The notes under the pieces are model-generated. The model did not search any database. It worked only from the letters and a program-made list of their open reading frames with translations, and was not told the origin of the DNA. Below are positions 35,822 through 46,081 of a stretch of DNA of 64,000 nucleotides, in pieces. The translations under genes were made by a program, and so were the position numbers. The stretch lies in IMG/VR virus record IMGVR_UViG_3300048793_000046, one strand, 5' to 3'. The DNA comes from a virus (taxonomy: Duplodnaviria > Heunggongvirae > Uroviricota > Caudoviricetes). Positions within the stretch are counted from its first letter, which is position 1. Each line of letters starts with the position of its first letter.

Positions 35822-36719
35822 TTCCCGGCTCCCTCAATTCAAATTTGCCGTGCTCCCACCGCCACTGCCCCCGGGGAAACCTGCCGCCGGTCTCATCCCG
35901 GACAAGGATGCCGTCATCGTCACGCACCTTCACGCGTCCGACGCCACCCCTGACATCCACTTCGATGAAGTCAGTCGGGCTTATCATGTCGCCGCCGCCC
36001 GCATGCAAAATACGCACAGGGATGCCCCACTCGTCATTGATGTATTGGTACGTGCCATAAACCTCTTTCGAGTAAGCGGCGTACTGCATCAGAAATTGTT
36101 TCTCCGAACTCTCGGGCGACCAAGGTTCGATGCGAATGCCGAGCGGCTCCAGATTGTGCCCCCAGTCGTTGCGACGCGCCTTATCCATCAGTTGGGCGCG
36201 CTCATCGACGATGATCCGACTGTCGATCTCATCCTGTATCGGCAGCATGGGCAAATCTTTCCAGCCCATCCACTCGCGGACGACATCATTGATCGCGTGA
36301 TCCCAGACGCGGTACTCCGGCATGTACTGCTTGACTGGGCGAGCGATGTCCACGAGGTAGGCTTCGGGCGCGTCGTGCATCAAGATTTGCAGACAGTCGA
36401 GCGCCGAGCCGCCACGGTTCGCGACCCATGTTGCGAGCAGGCAGCAATGCTGAGCCACGGAATAAAAATGCTGCACGTGGCCTGTGTATCGGCATTGATT
36501 GCTCAGCGCATGCGCGATGTCGATGACAGACAGCGCCTCCATCGTCGGCTGGAGCGGCCAGAACGCGCGTCCCGTGTAGGTCTCGATGAAAGTCGCGGCC
36601 TTGTATCTGGTGTCGGTCTTGAGCACAAGCGCCCGAGTAGCTTCGCTCGGATCGATCATATCTTGAACTTTATCCGCAAGCTCATTGCGAACAGCATCTT
36701 CATAATCTTCGGGGGACAT
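35808..36719 (-). CDS. HD-domain phosphohydrolase
   Basis: HVQHFYSVAQH ... LMHDAPEAYLVD H..HD..E metal-binding pattern. Confidence 0.5.
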   Translation of the reverse strand: MSPEDYEDAVRNELADKVQDMIDPSEATRALVLKTDTRYKAATFIETYTGRAFWPLQPTMEALSVIDIAHALSNQCRYTGHVQHFYSVAQHCCLLATWVANRGGSALDCLQILMHDAPEAYLVDIARPVKQYMPEYRVWDHAINDVVREWMGWKDLPMLPIQDEIDSRIIVDERAQLMDKARRNDWGHNLEPLGIRIEPWSPESSEKQFLMQYAAYSKEVYGTYQYINDEWGIPVRILHAGGGDMISPTDFIEVDVRGGVGRVKVRDDDGILVRDETGGRFPRGQWRWEHGKFELREPGNVSP

Positions 36720-36728
36720 GGGGGCCTC

Positions 36729-37019
36729 CTATAGTCCTTCGAGTTTGTCATACGCCCGGAGAAGTCTCTGGGCCAGATCGTAAATGCTTTGGCTATCCGC
36801 GACGAAACTGCTCAGCACACCGCGCTCATTATGGAATTTGAGGATCACTTCGTTGTCCGGGATACTAAAGCCGATGCTGTATGTCGTCGCATCGATCTCA
36901 TCAATAAGCTGGATGATCGGTTCGTTGCCGTCCTCTATTTTTAACATCGCAATCCCCCTTACTTCCGCAGTCTTTGACCGACCCAACCCTCCGCCGTGAT
37001 CGGCATGCCCGGAGCCCAC
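36729..37019 (-). CDS. hypothetical protein (96 aa)
   Basis: ORF only. Confidence 0.35.
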   Translation of the reverse strand: MGSGHADHGGGLGRSKTAEVRGIAMLKIEDGNEPIIQLIDEIDATTYSIGFSIPDNEVILKFHNERGVLSSFVADSQSIYDLAQRLLRAYDKLEGL

Positions 37020-39241
37020 CCCGGCACCACAGACATGATTGCCTCAAATTCCTTAACTGTGCAAGTGCCTTTAGCCGCCTCAGCGATGACTTCGTCATGG
37101 ATGGAAAGTAACAGAGCGAACTCATCCATCTGATCGACGCGGAACATCGCTTCGGCGAGAAGGTCGCGCGAGCTTGCCTGATCGTAATTCTCGACGAGAG
37201 AGCCGCCGTGCGTACCGCACCGCTGCCACTGCTTGGTGATGATGTTGCGACCCATGAACGAAAGGTGCGGAGAGACAAAGCTCTCTGGCGGATCGGGTAA
37301 GAGCGTCTTGAGTTGCTTCTCCGCCAGCTTCTCCGCGTGCCAGCGAACGCGGTGCTGAGGCACGCTCTTCTTCGCCGGGAAGTTGACCATGGTCGGTCGG
37401 CCCCGCGCGTTGAGCGCGGCAAAGCGGTAGGTGACGCGCATGTTGACGCGAGGATAGAGATAGGCGAGCAGACGCCCGGATGGCAGACGACAGTGTAGGA
37501 AGTTTCCGTCGTCACTCATGAAGTAGGAGACCCTGCCGTCGCCGGTCAGGTCATCGCCGCCGCAATAATGCTCGCCGCCTTCGACGACCGCCGCGATGGC
37601 CGCCTTCTCGGATGAACGCCAGAGCGTCGGGACTTCTGGATATTTTTCTTTACGGTAGACGCGCACGACCATCTGACAGAACTCGTCTTCGAGCCAGATA
37701 CCCTCTTCCATGTAGACCGTCGCTTGGAATTTCTCCCAGCCCATAGAGTAGCCCAGCCCGAGGATGGCTTTCTTGCCGAGTTGACGTTCGACCTTGTCGG
37801 CCTTCGTGATCAAGCGTCCATAGATGCCGCTCGCCATGTCGCAATAAATATCTTTGCCCGGGACGAACATCGCGAGCATATCCGAGCAGCCTGAGAGCCA
37901 TGCGAGCTTGCGTGCTTCGATGGCATTGAAGTCGGCAGCATATAGCTCTTTGCCCGGCGACGCGATCAGCGCGCCTCGGCAGGCTTTGGCGAGACAAACC
38001 ATTGGCTCGCCCCAGATCAGCGTGATCAACTCGCGGTCGAGCGTGAGGATATCTTTCCACGCGTCGGTCATTTCGTTGTCATAGGCCGGGCCATAACCGC
38101 GAACGAAGTTGTGCGGCTGCACGCCTTTGCCGGACCATCGCGCCGTGCGGTCGGCTCCATTGAAGAGCATTAGATCGTGCAGCTTGCCGTCGTCCGAACA
38201 GACGCTCTGCTCCATGCTCCGGTATTTGGCGACGGACGAACGATTGACTTCCATGCAAATCCGAAGGGCACGGCTGACACGGGCACCTTCTTCGCCGAGA
38301 CTATCCCATCTCTCTTTCGATGGCTCGGCAGCGGCCTCGCGCGCTTCGTCACCGGCCTTGGTGGGAACACCATCGAGCGCGAAGCTCAATGTGTCAGCCT
38401 TGGTATTGGCGAGCGGCTCCTGATCAAGTTCAACGAGCCGCCCATTCGCCCATTTTAGCAGCGCGGCTCGTTGAGACCCTTTCAGAACTTGACCGCTAGT
38501 GATGCCCTCAAGCTCGGTGTTGAGGCGTTCGGCTTCCAACTTCGCAAGTCCGAGAGCCTCGTGAGCCGCCTTCTTGTCGAGCATGACGCCGTGATTGTTC
38601 ATGCGGAAGTCCATCAGCCAATACTCGCGCTCGCGCGGTATCATCTCTGGACAGAAGTTCGACAGGCCACGTTCGGCTCGCACATCCTGTTTGCAGTATT
38701 CCCAGTTACGACGATGCTCGACTTCCTCTTCGCAGAAAATGATGACGCCATCGCCCTTGTTCTTGCCCCGGCGGATCATCGGCTTCGAAAGTTTGTTGAT
38801 CAGGCGTTTGCCATCTGCGATCTTGTGCTCGGGCAGGCCGACCGCGCGAATGGCGTCTTCCAATGCGCGTGGCAATGAGAGACACGATGCCTTCGCCGCC
38901 GAGCAGTGCATCTGTTCAATTTGAAGTTTGACTTTGAATGCGGGAAAGTCGCGAAGAAGGGCTTCATTCCAGATGTGAAATTCGAAGCCCGCATTGTGAG
39001 CTTCGACCGGCTCACCGTCCGCAATGCGTCGGATCAATTCATCATCCGGCTCGTCCGCGTAGCACCAAGGCTCGTCAGCGTCGGGCTCTTGATGGCCGCG
39101 ATGCCAGAGATGAACTTCCTCTTCCTGATCGTAAGCCCACGCAAGGCATAAAGCTTGAGTGCTCGTATCGGTGGCGTAGCGCCGCTGACCCACCTTTGGT
39201 AGGTCGGGGACGCCACGCGTTTCGAAGTCGAGTGTGATCAT
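36959..39241 (-). CDS. family A DNA polymerase with N-terminal 3'-5' exonuclease domain (T7-like)
   Basis: Exo I ITLDFETRG; PolA motif A DFNAIEARKLAWL, motif B RQLGKKAILGLGYSMG, motif C LSIHDEVIAEA. Confidence 0.8.
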   Translation of the reverse strand: MITLDFETRGVPDLPKVGQRRYATDTSTQALCLAWAYDQEEEVHLWHRGHQEPDADEPWCYADEPDDELIRRIADGEPVEAHNAGFEFHIWNEALLRDFPAFKVKLQIEQMHCSAAKASCLSLPRALEDAIRAVGLPEHKIADGKRLINKLSKPMIRRGKNKGDGVIIFCEEEVEHRRNWEYCKQDVRAERGLSNFCPEMIPREREYWLMDFRMNNHGVMLDKKAAHEALGLAKLEAERLNTELEGITSGQVLKGSQRAALLKWANGRLVELDQEPLANTKADTLSFALDGVPTKAGDEAREAAAEPSKERWDSLGEEGARVSRALRICMEVNRSSVAKYRSMEQSVCSDDGKLHDLMLFNGADRTARWSGKGVQPHNFVRGYGPAYDNEMTDAWKDILTLDRELITLIWGEPMVCLAKACRGALIASPGKELYAADFNAIEARKLAWLSGCSDMLAMFVPGKDIYCDMASGIYGRLITKADKVERQLGKKAILGLGYSMGWEKFQATVYMEEGIWLEDEFCQMVVRVYRKEKYPEVPTLWRSSEKAAIAAVVEGGEHYCGGDDLTGDGRVSYFMSDDGNFLHCRLPSGRLLAYLYPRVNMRVTYRFAALNARGRPTMVNFPAKKSVPQHRVRWHAEKLAEKQLKTLLPDPPESFVSPHLSFMGRNIITKQWQRCGTHGGSLVENYDQASSRDLLAEAMFRVDQMDEFALLLSIHDEVIAEAAKGTCTVKEFEAIMSVVPGWAPGMPITAEGWVGQRLRK

Positions 39242-39426
39242 TTTACTACGCGAAGCGTCGGCGCGAGAAGCTCTTTGAGCGAAGCCTTCAACACATCTCG
39301 CGCGTCATGAAGGTTCTGCATATCGGCAGCGCGCTCTTTGCCGGGGGTCGTCGCGACGATGCTCGCGAGCACGAGAGCTTCGATGGCCTCCGTGACGAGT
39401 TCGATCTTGGTTTCGGATGTGGACAT
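39238..39426 (-). CDS. hypothetical protein (62 aa)
   Basis: ORF only. Confidence 0.3.
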   Translation of the reverse strand: MSTSETKIELVTEAIEALVLASIVATTPGKERAADMQNLHDARDVLKASLKELLAPTLRVVK

Positions 39427-39582
39427 TCAGGACCCTCCCGAGATGCTCCAATGAACAAGTGCGCGACCCCCTGTCAACATGGTTGGGGCCGATATCGTTT
39501 TACCGATACCGGCCCCGATCTTCCCCGTGTTCTCACGGACGGATCATGGGCTCGGAAGCCCACTACGGCACTGTGGCCAAGC

Positions 39583-40215
39583 TTATCCCAGATCGTCGTC
39601 GGCACCGTCGCCGAGATCGTCGCTGTCTTCGGAGAAACCTTCCTCCGGCTCATCGCCGAAATCGTCCTCCGCCGACGTGAAGCCTTCGAAGCTCTCATCG
39701 TCGCCGAGCTTCTTGATGTTGCCCAGACCGACCGCCAGACCCTTGCCGATCTTGTCGAAGGCGTAGGGGTTGACCGAGGCGCGAGCCCAGCAACCGGCAT
39801 AGAACTCTTCCGAGTTTTCCGCAGTGATCGGGTTGCCGTTTATGTCGAGGATTTGCGGGCGACGCTTTGAGTTCGCCATGGCGAAGTAGACCATGTCCGG
39901 GTCGCCGTAGCCCTGATAGGTCTTGTCGCTGCCCTTGTGGAACGGGATTTTGAACTCCCGGTTTTCCTTCATTTCCTTGACGGTCTTCTTGAAAAATTCC
40001 TTGCAGACTTCGCCGAGCTTGACCCGGATGGCCTCCCACTTCGCCTTGTCGGCCTCAGTGAATTGCTTCGGGAAGAAAAGGCCCGTAAGCGAATAGCGGG
40101 GCGTCCCGTTATTGTAGCTGGCCTTCTCGAAGACTTGGGGGAAGCTGACGCGGAATTTCGGGGTCAGCAGGCGGGAGCCCTTTTTAGCGGGCGCGGCTGT
40201 AGCGGTTGTTGCCAT
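39583..40215 (-). CDS. single-stranded DNA-binding protein, T7 gp2.5-like (DUF2815-like) with acidic C-terminal tail
   Basis: N-terminal LLTPKFRVSFPQVFEKASYNNG pattern and C-terminal DDFGDEPEEGFSEDSDDLGDGADDDLG tail. Confidence 0.5.
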   Translation of the reverse strand: MATTATAAPAKKGSRLLTPKFRVSFPQVFEKASYNNGTPRYSLTGLFFPKQFTEADKAKWEAIRVKLGEVCKEFFKKTVKEMKENREFKIPFHKGSDKTYQGYGDPDMVYFAMANSKRRPQILDINGNPITAENSEEFYAGCWARASVNPYAFDKIGKGLAVGLGNIKKLGDDESFEGFTSAEDDFGDEPEEGFSEDSDDLGDGADDDLG

Positions 40216-40266
40216 GGTGTGTCCTTTCGAGTTGATGTGATATGATGTGGACCGTTGGCAGGATGT

Positions 40267-40286
40267 GGTTAATGCAAATTAACCAC
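40267..40286. promoter_or_regulatory. palindromic element TGGTTAAT-GCAA-ATTAACCA
   Basis: perfect 8-bp inverted repeat about 50 nt upstream of the SSB gene start; half-site recurs elsewhere. Confidence 0.5.
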
Positions 40287-40290
40287 GAAG

Positions 40291-40986
40291 TCAAGCGACA
40301 AAATGGTGCCATCCAAAGAAAACTGCGGCACCCAAAATCGCCCCGGGGACAACGTCCACAACGTAGTGCTGCTTGGTTTTGAGCGCCGACACCGCGATGA
40401 GCAGCGGGAAGAGCCCACCGACATACCCGGCGACCGGCCAGTTCTGCCAGATGGTCAGATCAACCATCATGGCGACGCTCACGTGCATGCTCGGCAGGCT
40501 GTTGCGGAGCTTGTCATAGCTCCATACGAGATCGAGCATTTGCATTGAGTGCGGCCAGAGCACGCTCGCGCGCTCGCGATGAATGACGACCCTTTCGGTC
40601 GCCAGCAAGCCGCCTGCCATATCGTTGTCAAGGGCCTGCTTGACTACCATGTGCTCGCGCCAGTGGGGCGGAATAGCGACCGGCCAGAATATAAAAGAAG
40701 CCACCTGCACGGCGAGCAACGTCAGAAAGCAGCCGACCGTGTAGGCGTAGGCTTGCCACGTTGGCACCGTGAGCGCCGCGAGCAGGATCATCGGGTAGTA
40801 GAGCCCGGAATAAATCCAGACCCATCGCGGATCGAAATTGATCCTCTGATCCCAGCGCGTCTCGAAATAGCGAGCGTCGAAAAACGTCTGGCGCTGAGCC
40901 CAGAAATAAAATTGATACCCGCCGACGATCAGGACGACCGTGATGAAGAGTTCAAGAACCCGGTCGAACATCTCCATCGTCATCAT
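40291..40986 (-). CDS. PAP2-superfamily membrane phosphatase
   Basis: PSMH (PSGH-like) and SALKTKQHYVVDV (SRxxxxxHxxxD-like) acid-phosphatase motifs; multiple transmembrane segments. Confidence 0.55.
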   Translation of the reverse strand: MMTMEMFDRVLELFITVVLIVGGYQFYFWAQRQTFFDARYFETRWDQRINFDPRWVWIYSGLYYPMILLAALTVPTWQAYAYTVGCFLTLLAVQVASFIFWPVAIPPHWREHMVVKQALDNDMAGGLLATERVVIHRERASVLWPHSMQMLDLVWSYDKLRNSLPSMHVSVAMMVDLTIWQNWPVAGYVGGLFPLLIAVSALKTKQHYVVDVVPGAILGAAVFFGWHHFVA

Positions 40987-41242
40987 CCCTTATGCGCGGG
41001 TCGAAGTTGATCATGTACTTGATTGCCATCGCGGCGACGTGCGATGCCTCCGTGCTCGCATCGAGCGTATATCCTGTGTCGGCCTTCACATGGTCCCAAA
41101 GCTCTTCGAACTCTTCTTCGATGACCGAATGGGCCTCGTGAGGCGATGCGAACTCAAGCCCGTGCTTCTGCTCGGCATGAGTTAGGGCAGCGCGTACAAG
41201 GCTGAGCGCGTACTCAATTTTTGCTTGTGTCGTCGGCATCAA
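40952..41242 (-). CDS. hypothetical protein, weak MazG-like NTP pyrophosphohydrolase resemblance (EEEFEELWDHVK)
   Basis: acidic EExxEL..D motif. Confidence 0.3.
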   Translation of the reverse strand: MMPTTQAKIEYALSLVRAALTHAEQKHGLEFASPHEAHSVIEEEFEELWDHVKADTGYTLDASTEASHVAAMAIKYMINFDPRIRDDDDGDVRPGS

Positions 41243-41386
41243 GCTCTCCGCGTTCGGCGGCCTCGTTGCGGAGCCGCATGTAAACTTCGTGGATGTTCGG
41301 TCCCATCGGCTGCATCGTCCACTGCCTTGTGGCTTCGAGCATGAGCGCCATTTCTTTGCGCCGCCGTTCGCAAGCCGCGCACGCCA

Positions 41387-41797
41387 TTACTTGATCGGCC
41401 AGAGAATATAAGCGAGCAGCGCGAACGCGACAGCCCAGCCCACGAGAGACCGCAACGTGTTCGTTGTCAGCGGGTGCCGCGACATCGTATTCGGATATGT
41501 CTTAAAACGGCCCGGCTGATCGCAGCCGTCTGGGCAGTCAGGGTACTCGCATGTCATGAAGCGATTTTGATCACCGCTACAGATCGGACAGCGGTATGCC
41601 TCAAGATGGCGGCGCTCGATGCGATCATGAAACTCTTTGACAGTCCCCGGGCAGTGAGCCGGATACGCCGGGCCGTGCTCATCGTAACCCATATCGTTAC
41701 TCATGACCGTGCGCCTCTTCGTTGATCGTGATGGCAGCCTTCTCGTCTTGTGCATGCACATAGGGCACGAGTGCGGGCTCGACCGGGTCCACGACAT
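41387..41797 (-). CDS. Cys-rich protein with C-terminal transmembrane segment (136 aa)
   Basis: ORF only. Confidence 0.35.
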   Translation of the reverse strand: MSWTRSSPHSCPMCMHKTRRLPSRSTKRRTVMSNDMGYDEHGPAYPAHCPGTVKEFHDRIERRHLEAYRCPICSGDQNRFMTCEYPDCPDGCDQPGRFKTYPNTMSRHPLTTNTLRSLVGWAVAFALLAYILWPIK

Positions 41798-42035
41798 AGG
41801 CGCGCATCGGGGGCTGGGTAGTCACACAGAGGCCGATCTCAACGACGCCGCCGTGGAGCAGGCGCACAAGTTCGTCGGCGCTCGGCCTCCACGTGCTGAC
41901 CAATTCGACAATGTCACGCTCGCCGAAACAGTCAGCACGTACTTGAAGATCGCCACACGGACCATCAGTGCTGGCGTCCCAGTTCTCGGGCGCTTGGAAA
42001 TTATGCGTCGCTCCGCGCGTGACTGTCGGTTTCAT
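41697..42035 (-). CDS. hypothetical protein (112 aa)
   Basis: ORF only. Confidence 0.3.
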   Translation of the reverse strand: MKPTVTRGATHNFQAPENWDASTDGPCGDLQVRADCFGERDIVELVSTWRPSADELVRLLHGGVVEIGLCVTTQPPMRAYVVDPVEPALVPYVHAQDEKAAITINEEAHGHE

Positions 42036-42267
42036 CGGAGCGGCTTCTTCACTGCTTCCCCTTCATAGGAGAATGTCTCTATCAGCTTGTAGGTCCCGAT
42101 CAGGACCTTCTCGCCCATAGGAACCAGATTTGCGATGTCGGTATCCGCGATGGGGTATTCAGTGTCCCCGTCGCGCTCAATCTTGATGAAAATTTCCTTG
42201 GGAAGCTTACGCATGGGACATTCCTTTGTTTAAGGGCGGGGTGGCCTAGCACACAGACAGGGCCGCG

Positions 42268-43566
42268 TCAACCGAAGTCATCGTCATCATCGTCATCGGC
42301 GGCGAACTCATTCTGAGCGTCATCGAGCGCGCTCGCCACTTCGCGCGGGTCGGTGATCGGCGCAATCGTCAGCGCACCGTTCGGCATGAATGCCAACTCA
42401 CTGACGGCGAGCTTGACAAGCTTGCGTTGTGGCCGACCCACGCCGAGCTTTTCCATTTGCGCTGGCGACTTGAGTTTCGGCTCAATCCAGAGATCGGCGT
42501 CATCGATCCCGATATCCACGCCGGTCATCTTGGTCTGCACGGCTGTCGTGCTGAGCCAGCGGCGCTTCGCTCTACCCCGAACAAGCTTCCAGCCGGAAAC
42601 CTCGTTGCCGTTCTCAAGCTCGCGCTGTATGTCGGCCTTGATGTTGGCAACCCACGCTTCGATAACCGGGACCCACGTCATCTTGTGCGCGAGTTCTTCG
42701 GTGCTCTTCGGTAGCGGAAGGATAGCGGGAGGCTCATCCTCCGAGAAATCGGCTTTCGCTTCTTCGAGCATCATCTCATCGAACTCGGGACAACGCGTCT
42801 TCGCCGGGCACCATAGGCACCAATCGCCAGCACGGCGCGGCGCGTTTGGTTTCGAAGTCGCTTCGGCGGCTTCCTTGACCCTGATCTCATAGAGTTTCAA
42901 CTCGTCAATAGAAAAACTCTCGGAGCGGATCAGGCCGTCTTTGTGAGGCGAGTTCGGTTGTGAGATGGTAACTGTCACGCCTTCGGCTTCGGGATACTCA
43001 TGCGCCGCCAGCATCGCATACTGCTTGAGTTGATCGTTGTCCTTGGCCTCAACGAGGATGTAACCGTTCTTGTGATCGACCACGTCGAGCCAGCCGAACG
43101 GCTCGATAATCGGAACGTCAAGCGTTCCGCCGAGCCGACTGTCGAGCCACGAACCGTCTAGGTAAACTTCGGAAAGGACCTGAGTGCCTTCGCATCTTTC
43201 GCCCCGGATGCGATCCACCTCATCAATGGTTTGCTGCACGCCTTCGACCATCTTCTCGTCGGCGACGAACATAAACCATCCCGGGCGCGCGTTCTCAGGA
43301 TCAAGCGCGGGAGCGCCGGGCGGGTAGTACTCAGTCTCATGGTCCTCGCCGTCGTCGTCGCCGCCGTAGACGAGAAAGGTCGAACCCAGATAATCGCGAG
43401 CTTCATGATCGCCCGCGATGATCATGACTTCGATCAGCTTGTGCGCGGCAGTGCCGAGCATCGCGGCTTGATTTGTCGTCGAGCTTTCGTCGCCGATGAG
43501 GGCAACAGAGCCGGGACAATTCATCCATATGTGCGAAGCTGAGGGGGGAAGCTTTGCGTGAGCCAT
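42268..43566 (-). CDS. PD-(D/E)XK nuclease, Cas4/RecB-like exonuclease with C-terminal Cys cluster
   Basis: DVVDHKNGYILVEAKDNDQLKQYAM (D..EAK..QxxxY RecB motifs) and CLWCPAKTRCPEF cysteine cluster. Confidence 0.55.
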   Translation of the reverse strand: MAHAKLPPSASHIWMNCPGSVALIGDESSTTNQAAMLGTAAHKLIEVMIIAGDHEARDYLGSTFLVYGGDDDGEDHETEYYPPGAPALDPENARPGWFMFVADEKMVEGVQQTIDEVDRIRGERCEGTQVLSEVYLDGSWLDSRLGGTLDVPIIEPFGWLDVVDHKNGYILVEAKDNDQLKQYAMLAAHEYPEAEGVTVTISQPNSPHKDGLIRSESFSIDELKLYEIRVKEAAEATSKPNAPRRAGDWCLWCPAKTRCPEFDEMMLEEAKADFSEDEPPAILPLPKSTEELAHKMTWVPVIEAWVANIKADIQRELENGNEVSGWKLVRGRAKRRWLSTTAVQTKMTGVDIGIDDADLWIEPKLKSPAQMEKLGVGRPQRKLVKLAVSELAFMPNGALTIAPITDPREVASALDDAQNEFAADDDDDDDFG

Positions 43567-43578
43567 TTCGGGGTCCGA

Positions 43579-43941
43579 TCAGGGTTGGCAGGGAAACGTC
43601 ACCGGCATGCGACTGTTGCTCGATATCTGCAACCACGCCTCGGTTTCGTTCTTGAAGACTTCCGGGCAGCGCTTGTTCTGCCAGAGCGGGCTGCCGCTCA
43701 TCTCGGTTACATCATCCCATTCATCATCCGCGCCGGTCAGTGGCGTGAGGGAGCGATGATTGGCGAGCCGGACGAACGTATCAAGCGTTTGCCTCGCACT
43801 GCCGCCGGAATGGCCATAAGCGCAGAACGTCTCCATCAGCGCGGTGACTTGCACGCCGATCTCGCCATTGTAGTCGCTGTCATCGTCGAACAGGCCAGCG
43901 GCGCGCAGTTCGGATTTGGCATGCTGGAGCAAGCTTGTCAT
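43579..43941 (-). CDS. hypothetical protein (120 aa)
   Basis: ORF only. Confidence 0.35.
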   Translation of the reverse strand: MTSLLQHAKSELRAAGLFDDDSDYNGEIGVQVTALMETFCAYGHSGGSARQTLDTFVRLANHRSLTPLTGADDEWDDVTEMSGSPLWQNKRCPEVFKNETEAWLQISSNSRMPVTFPCQP

Positions 43942-44360
43942 TTGAACCTCTTGATGATCGTACCGTTGAGGATGGCCCTACGCATTCGTGTGGCGATATG
44001 ACTGCCATCACCGTCATAGCCGTCTTCGTTGACCGTGATATTCGCAACCGTTGTGATGTGAGTTCGCGTGATCTCTACAACGAAACCGACTGTCTCGCAA
44101 AACGATCCCGTAAGTAGTTTGGGGATTTTCTTGATCGGCTCCCACGCGCTGCCATGATAGGAGCAGTGATCCTCCCAGCGGAAGTAAACGAGATCGCCGA
44201 CCTTCGGAGAAAATCTAGGCACCAGATTTCTCCGAATAGAGGATATCGACAATGCCGTTGTCCAGCGTCTTGATCGCCATATTCTGAGTTGGGCCGGGAC
44301 TGGCGACAAGCAGGCGACTTGTTTCGGAGCCGTCGTCTGAGGCGAGGACTGCTTCGACAC
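43938..44360 (-). CDS. hypothetical protein (140 aa)
   Basis: ORF only. Confidence 0.35.
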   Translation of the reverse strand: MSKQSSPQTTAPKQVACLSPVPAQLRIWRSRRWTTALSISSIRRNLVPRFSPKVGDLVYFRWEDHCSYHGSAWEPIKKIPKLLTGSFCETVGFVVEITRTHITTVANITVNEDGYDGDGSHIATRMRRAILNGTIIKRFK

Positions 44361-44461
44361 TGCCGTCTCTGAGACTGAAAACGATTACGCGATAGCCCCT
44401 CGCGGGTGCAATGGTAACGTGGTTCTTGTCGATATGTCGGACAACCGCGACGGGGGCCTCG

Positions 44462-44782
44462 TCAGTTGATCGCATGGGGGTTCTCCGCCTTGATCCTTGC
44501 CACGTTATTGTTGTGTTGTGCGTGCCTCAGTTTTTCCTTGAGCCGGGCCTGCTTGTTCATCATGTCTTGTAGCGCCGGACCAAGGCTCTCCCACGCCTCG
44601 TCGCCCTGATGTGTCGAGATCGCGCGCCACGACCAATCGGTCGGGTCGAGTTGCTCGACGCGGAATTTCATGTTGAGGTCTTCGGAGATCACACGAAGTG
44701 CGCGGGTCGGGACAGCGGCGGCGATAACGTGCCAGCCCGCAGGAACGGCGTTCATGATCTTATCGATTTCGGCTAGGTCCAT
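44462..44782 (-). CDS. hypothetical protein (106 aa)
   Basis: ORF only. Confidence 0.3.
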   Translation of the reverse strand: MDLAEIDKIMNAVPAGWHVIAAAVPTRALRVISEDLNMKFRVEQLDPTDWSWRAISTHQGDEAWESLGPALQDMMNKQARLKEKLRHAQHNNNVARIKAENPHAIN

Positions 44783-45067
44783 CTGGAGTATATCGCCTGT
44801 TCACTCGCCGTCCCCGAAACTGTAGCTTCCCGTTTTCTACGCGATGATCAACTGAGTGGATTAAGCCGCAGTCGCAACATTTTTCCCGCTGCCCCGTCCA
44901 AGCGATAGTGACCCATTCGTCCTCGTCGATTTCAACGTCAGGTACTCGGGGTCGGCGACGGATCATTGCAGCCTGTCATCCAGTCTTCATAGTCGTCGAA
45001 GTCTTCTGGTCCGCATTCTTGTCCGAGGGATTGTCGCCCGTCATCGGCCTCGCTATAGCGGCGCGTT

Positions 45068-45427
45068 TTAGTTCTCGTCGGCTTGTTCGGCTCTTTGCGT
45101 TTCGGAAGGTTGCGCATCGGGTAGCTCCCATTCGACAACCATCACGCCGGAGCCCGCAAAGCGCGGGTCGCGCGACTTGGTCGCGGTCAGCTTCCTGCCA
45201 GCATCCATAAGTGGCGCAACCTCGGCGGCAAAACCGCGAGGGAAATACCCCAATTTTTGCTGAAAAATGTAGACCGCGATAGCATTGTCATCGTAAGGGT
45301 TATTGGGCTCCCGTTCAACTCGCAATCTCTGGCCGGGAGCCAATTTTGCAATCCAGTCCCCTGCCCCGACATGGAAGCTGGAACCCACTAAGCTGACTTG
45401 CCTTTTCTCGGTGGCCATCAGAACCAC
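45068..45427 (-). CDS. hypothetical protein (119 aa)
   Basis: ORF only. Confidence 0.35.
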   Translation of the reverse strand: MVLMATEKRQVSLVGSSFHVGAGDWIAKLAPGQRLRVEREPNNPYDDNAIAVYIFQQKLGYFPRGFAAEVAPLMDAGRKLTATKSRDPRFAGSGVMVVEWELPDAQPSETQRAEQADEN

Positions 45428-46020
45428 CTCTGGAGGGAGTTGCGAACCGCGAGTGAGACTTCCACCGGGGTAGCTGGGCGCGGCATGGCGTCAACCCAGT
45501 GTGTTCCGTAGGGCCAGAAGACCCGGGCGTGTTCGGTGTCGCCGATGCGCTCATTGAGCGTTACCGCGCCATCGACGAAAAGCGTCTCGTGAATTTCGTC
45601 GGCACGCTGATGATAGACATCGCCCGGCTCATAGGGCTCTTTGGATTTGGGCTCCAACACACATGCGTTGAATGAGGATTTATCCAGCCCACCATCTTCG
45701 CCGGTCTTGATAGTCGCGTAGGCGTGCGTGAACTTCCCGGGCGCGTCTCTCGAATAAGCTAACGTCGTCTGGCGATATCGCTGATTGATAAACTCGCCAG
45801 CGACAATGACAGAGGTGAAATCCCACGGGTGATCATGGATGGTTGAAACATTCGGAACGGTGAAGCGATGATCCCAGAGATTGAGACGGAAGCGCTTCGG
45901 CGCATCCGCCGGACCGAAATAGGTCCGCAGAAAGCCGAAGCCTTGCACGGTCCACTCGCGATGTTCGTCTCGCAAAATCGTCGAGACTAGCGGCTTGAGA
46001 AAAGTCAGATCGGTTTTCAT
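45418..46020 (-). CDS. hypothetical protein (200 aa)
   Basis: ORF only. Confidence 0.4.
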   Translation of the reverse strand: MKTDLTFLKPLVSTILRDEHREWTVQGFGFLRTYFGPADAPKRFRLNLWDHRFTVPNVSTIHDHPWDFTSVIVAGEFINQRYRQTTLAYSRDAPGKFTHAYATIKTGEDGGLDKSSFNACVLEPKSKEPYEPGDVYHQRADEIHETLFVDGAVTLNERIGDTEHARVFWPYGTHWVDAMPRPATPVEVSLAVRNSLQRWF

Positions 46021-46081
46021 GGGGAGTTCTCACAAAGAGAACGGGCGGCGCATCATTGCGCCGCCCCGCGCGTCGGTCTGC

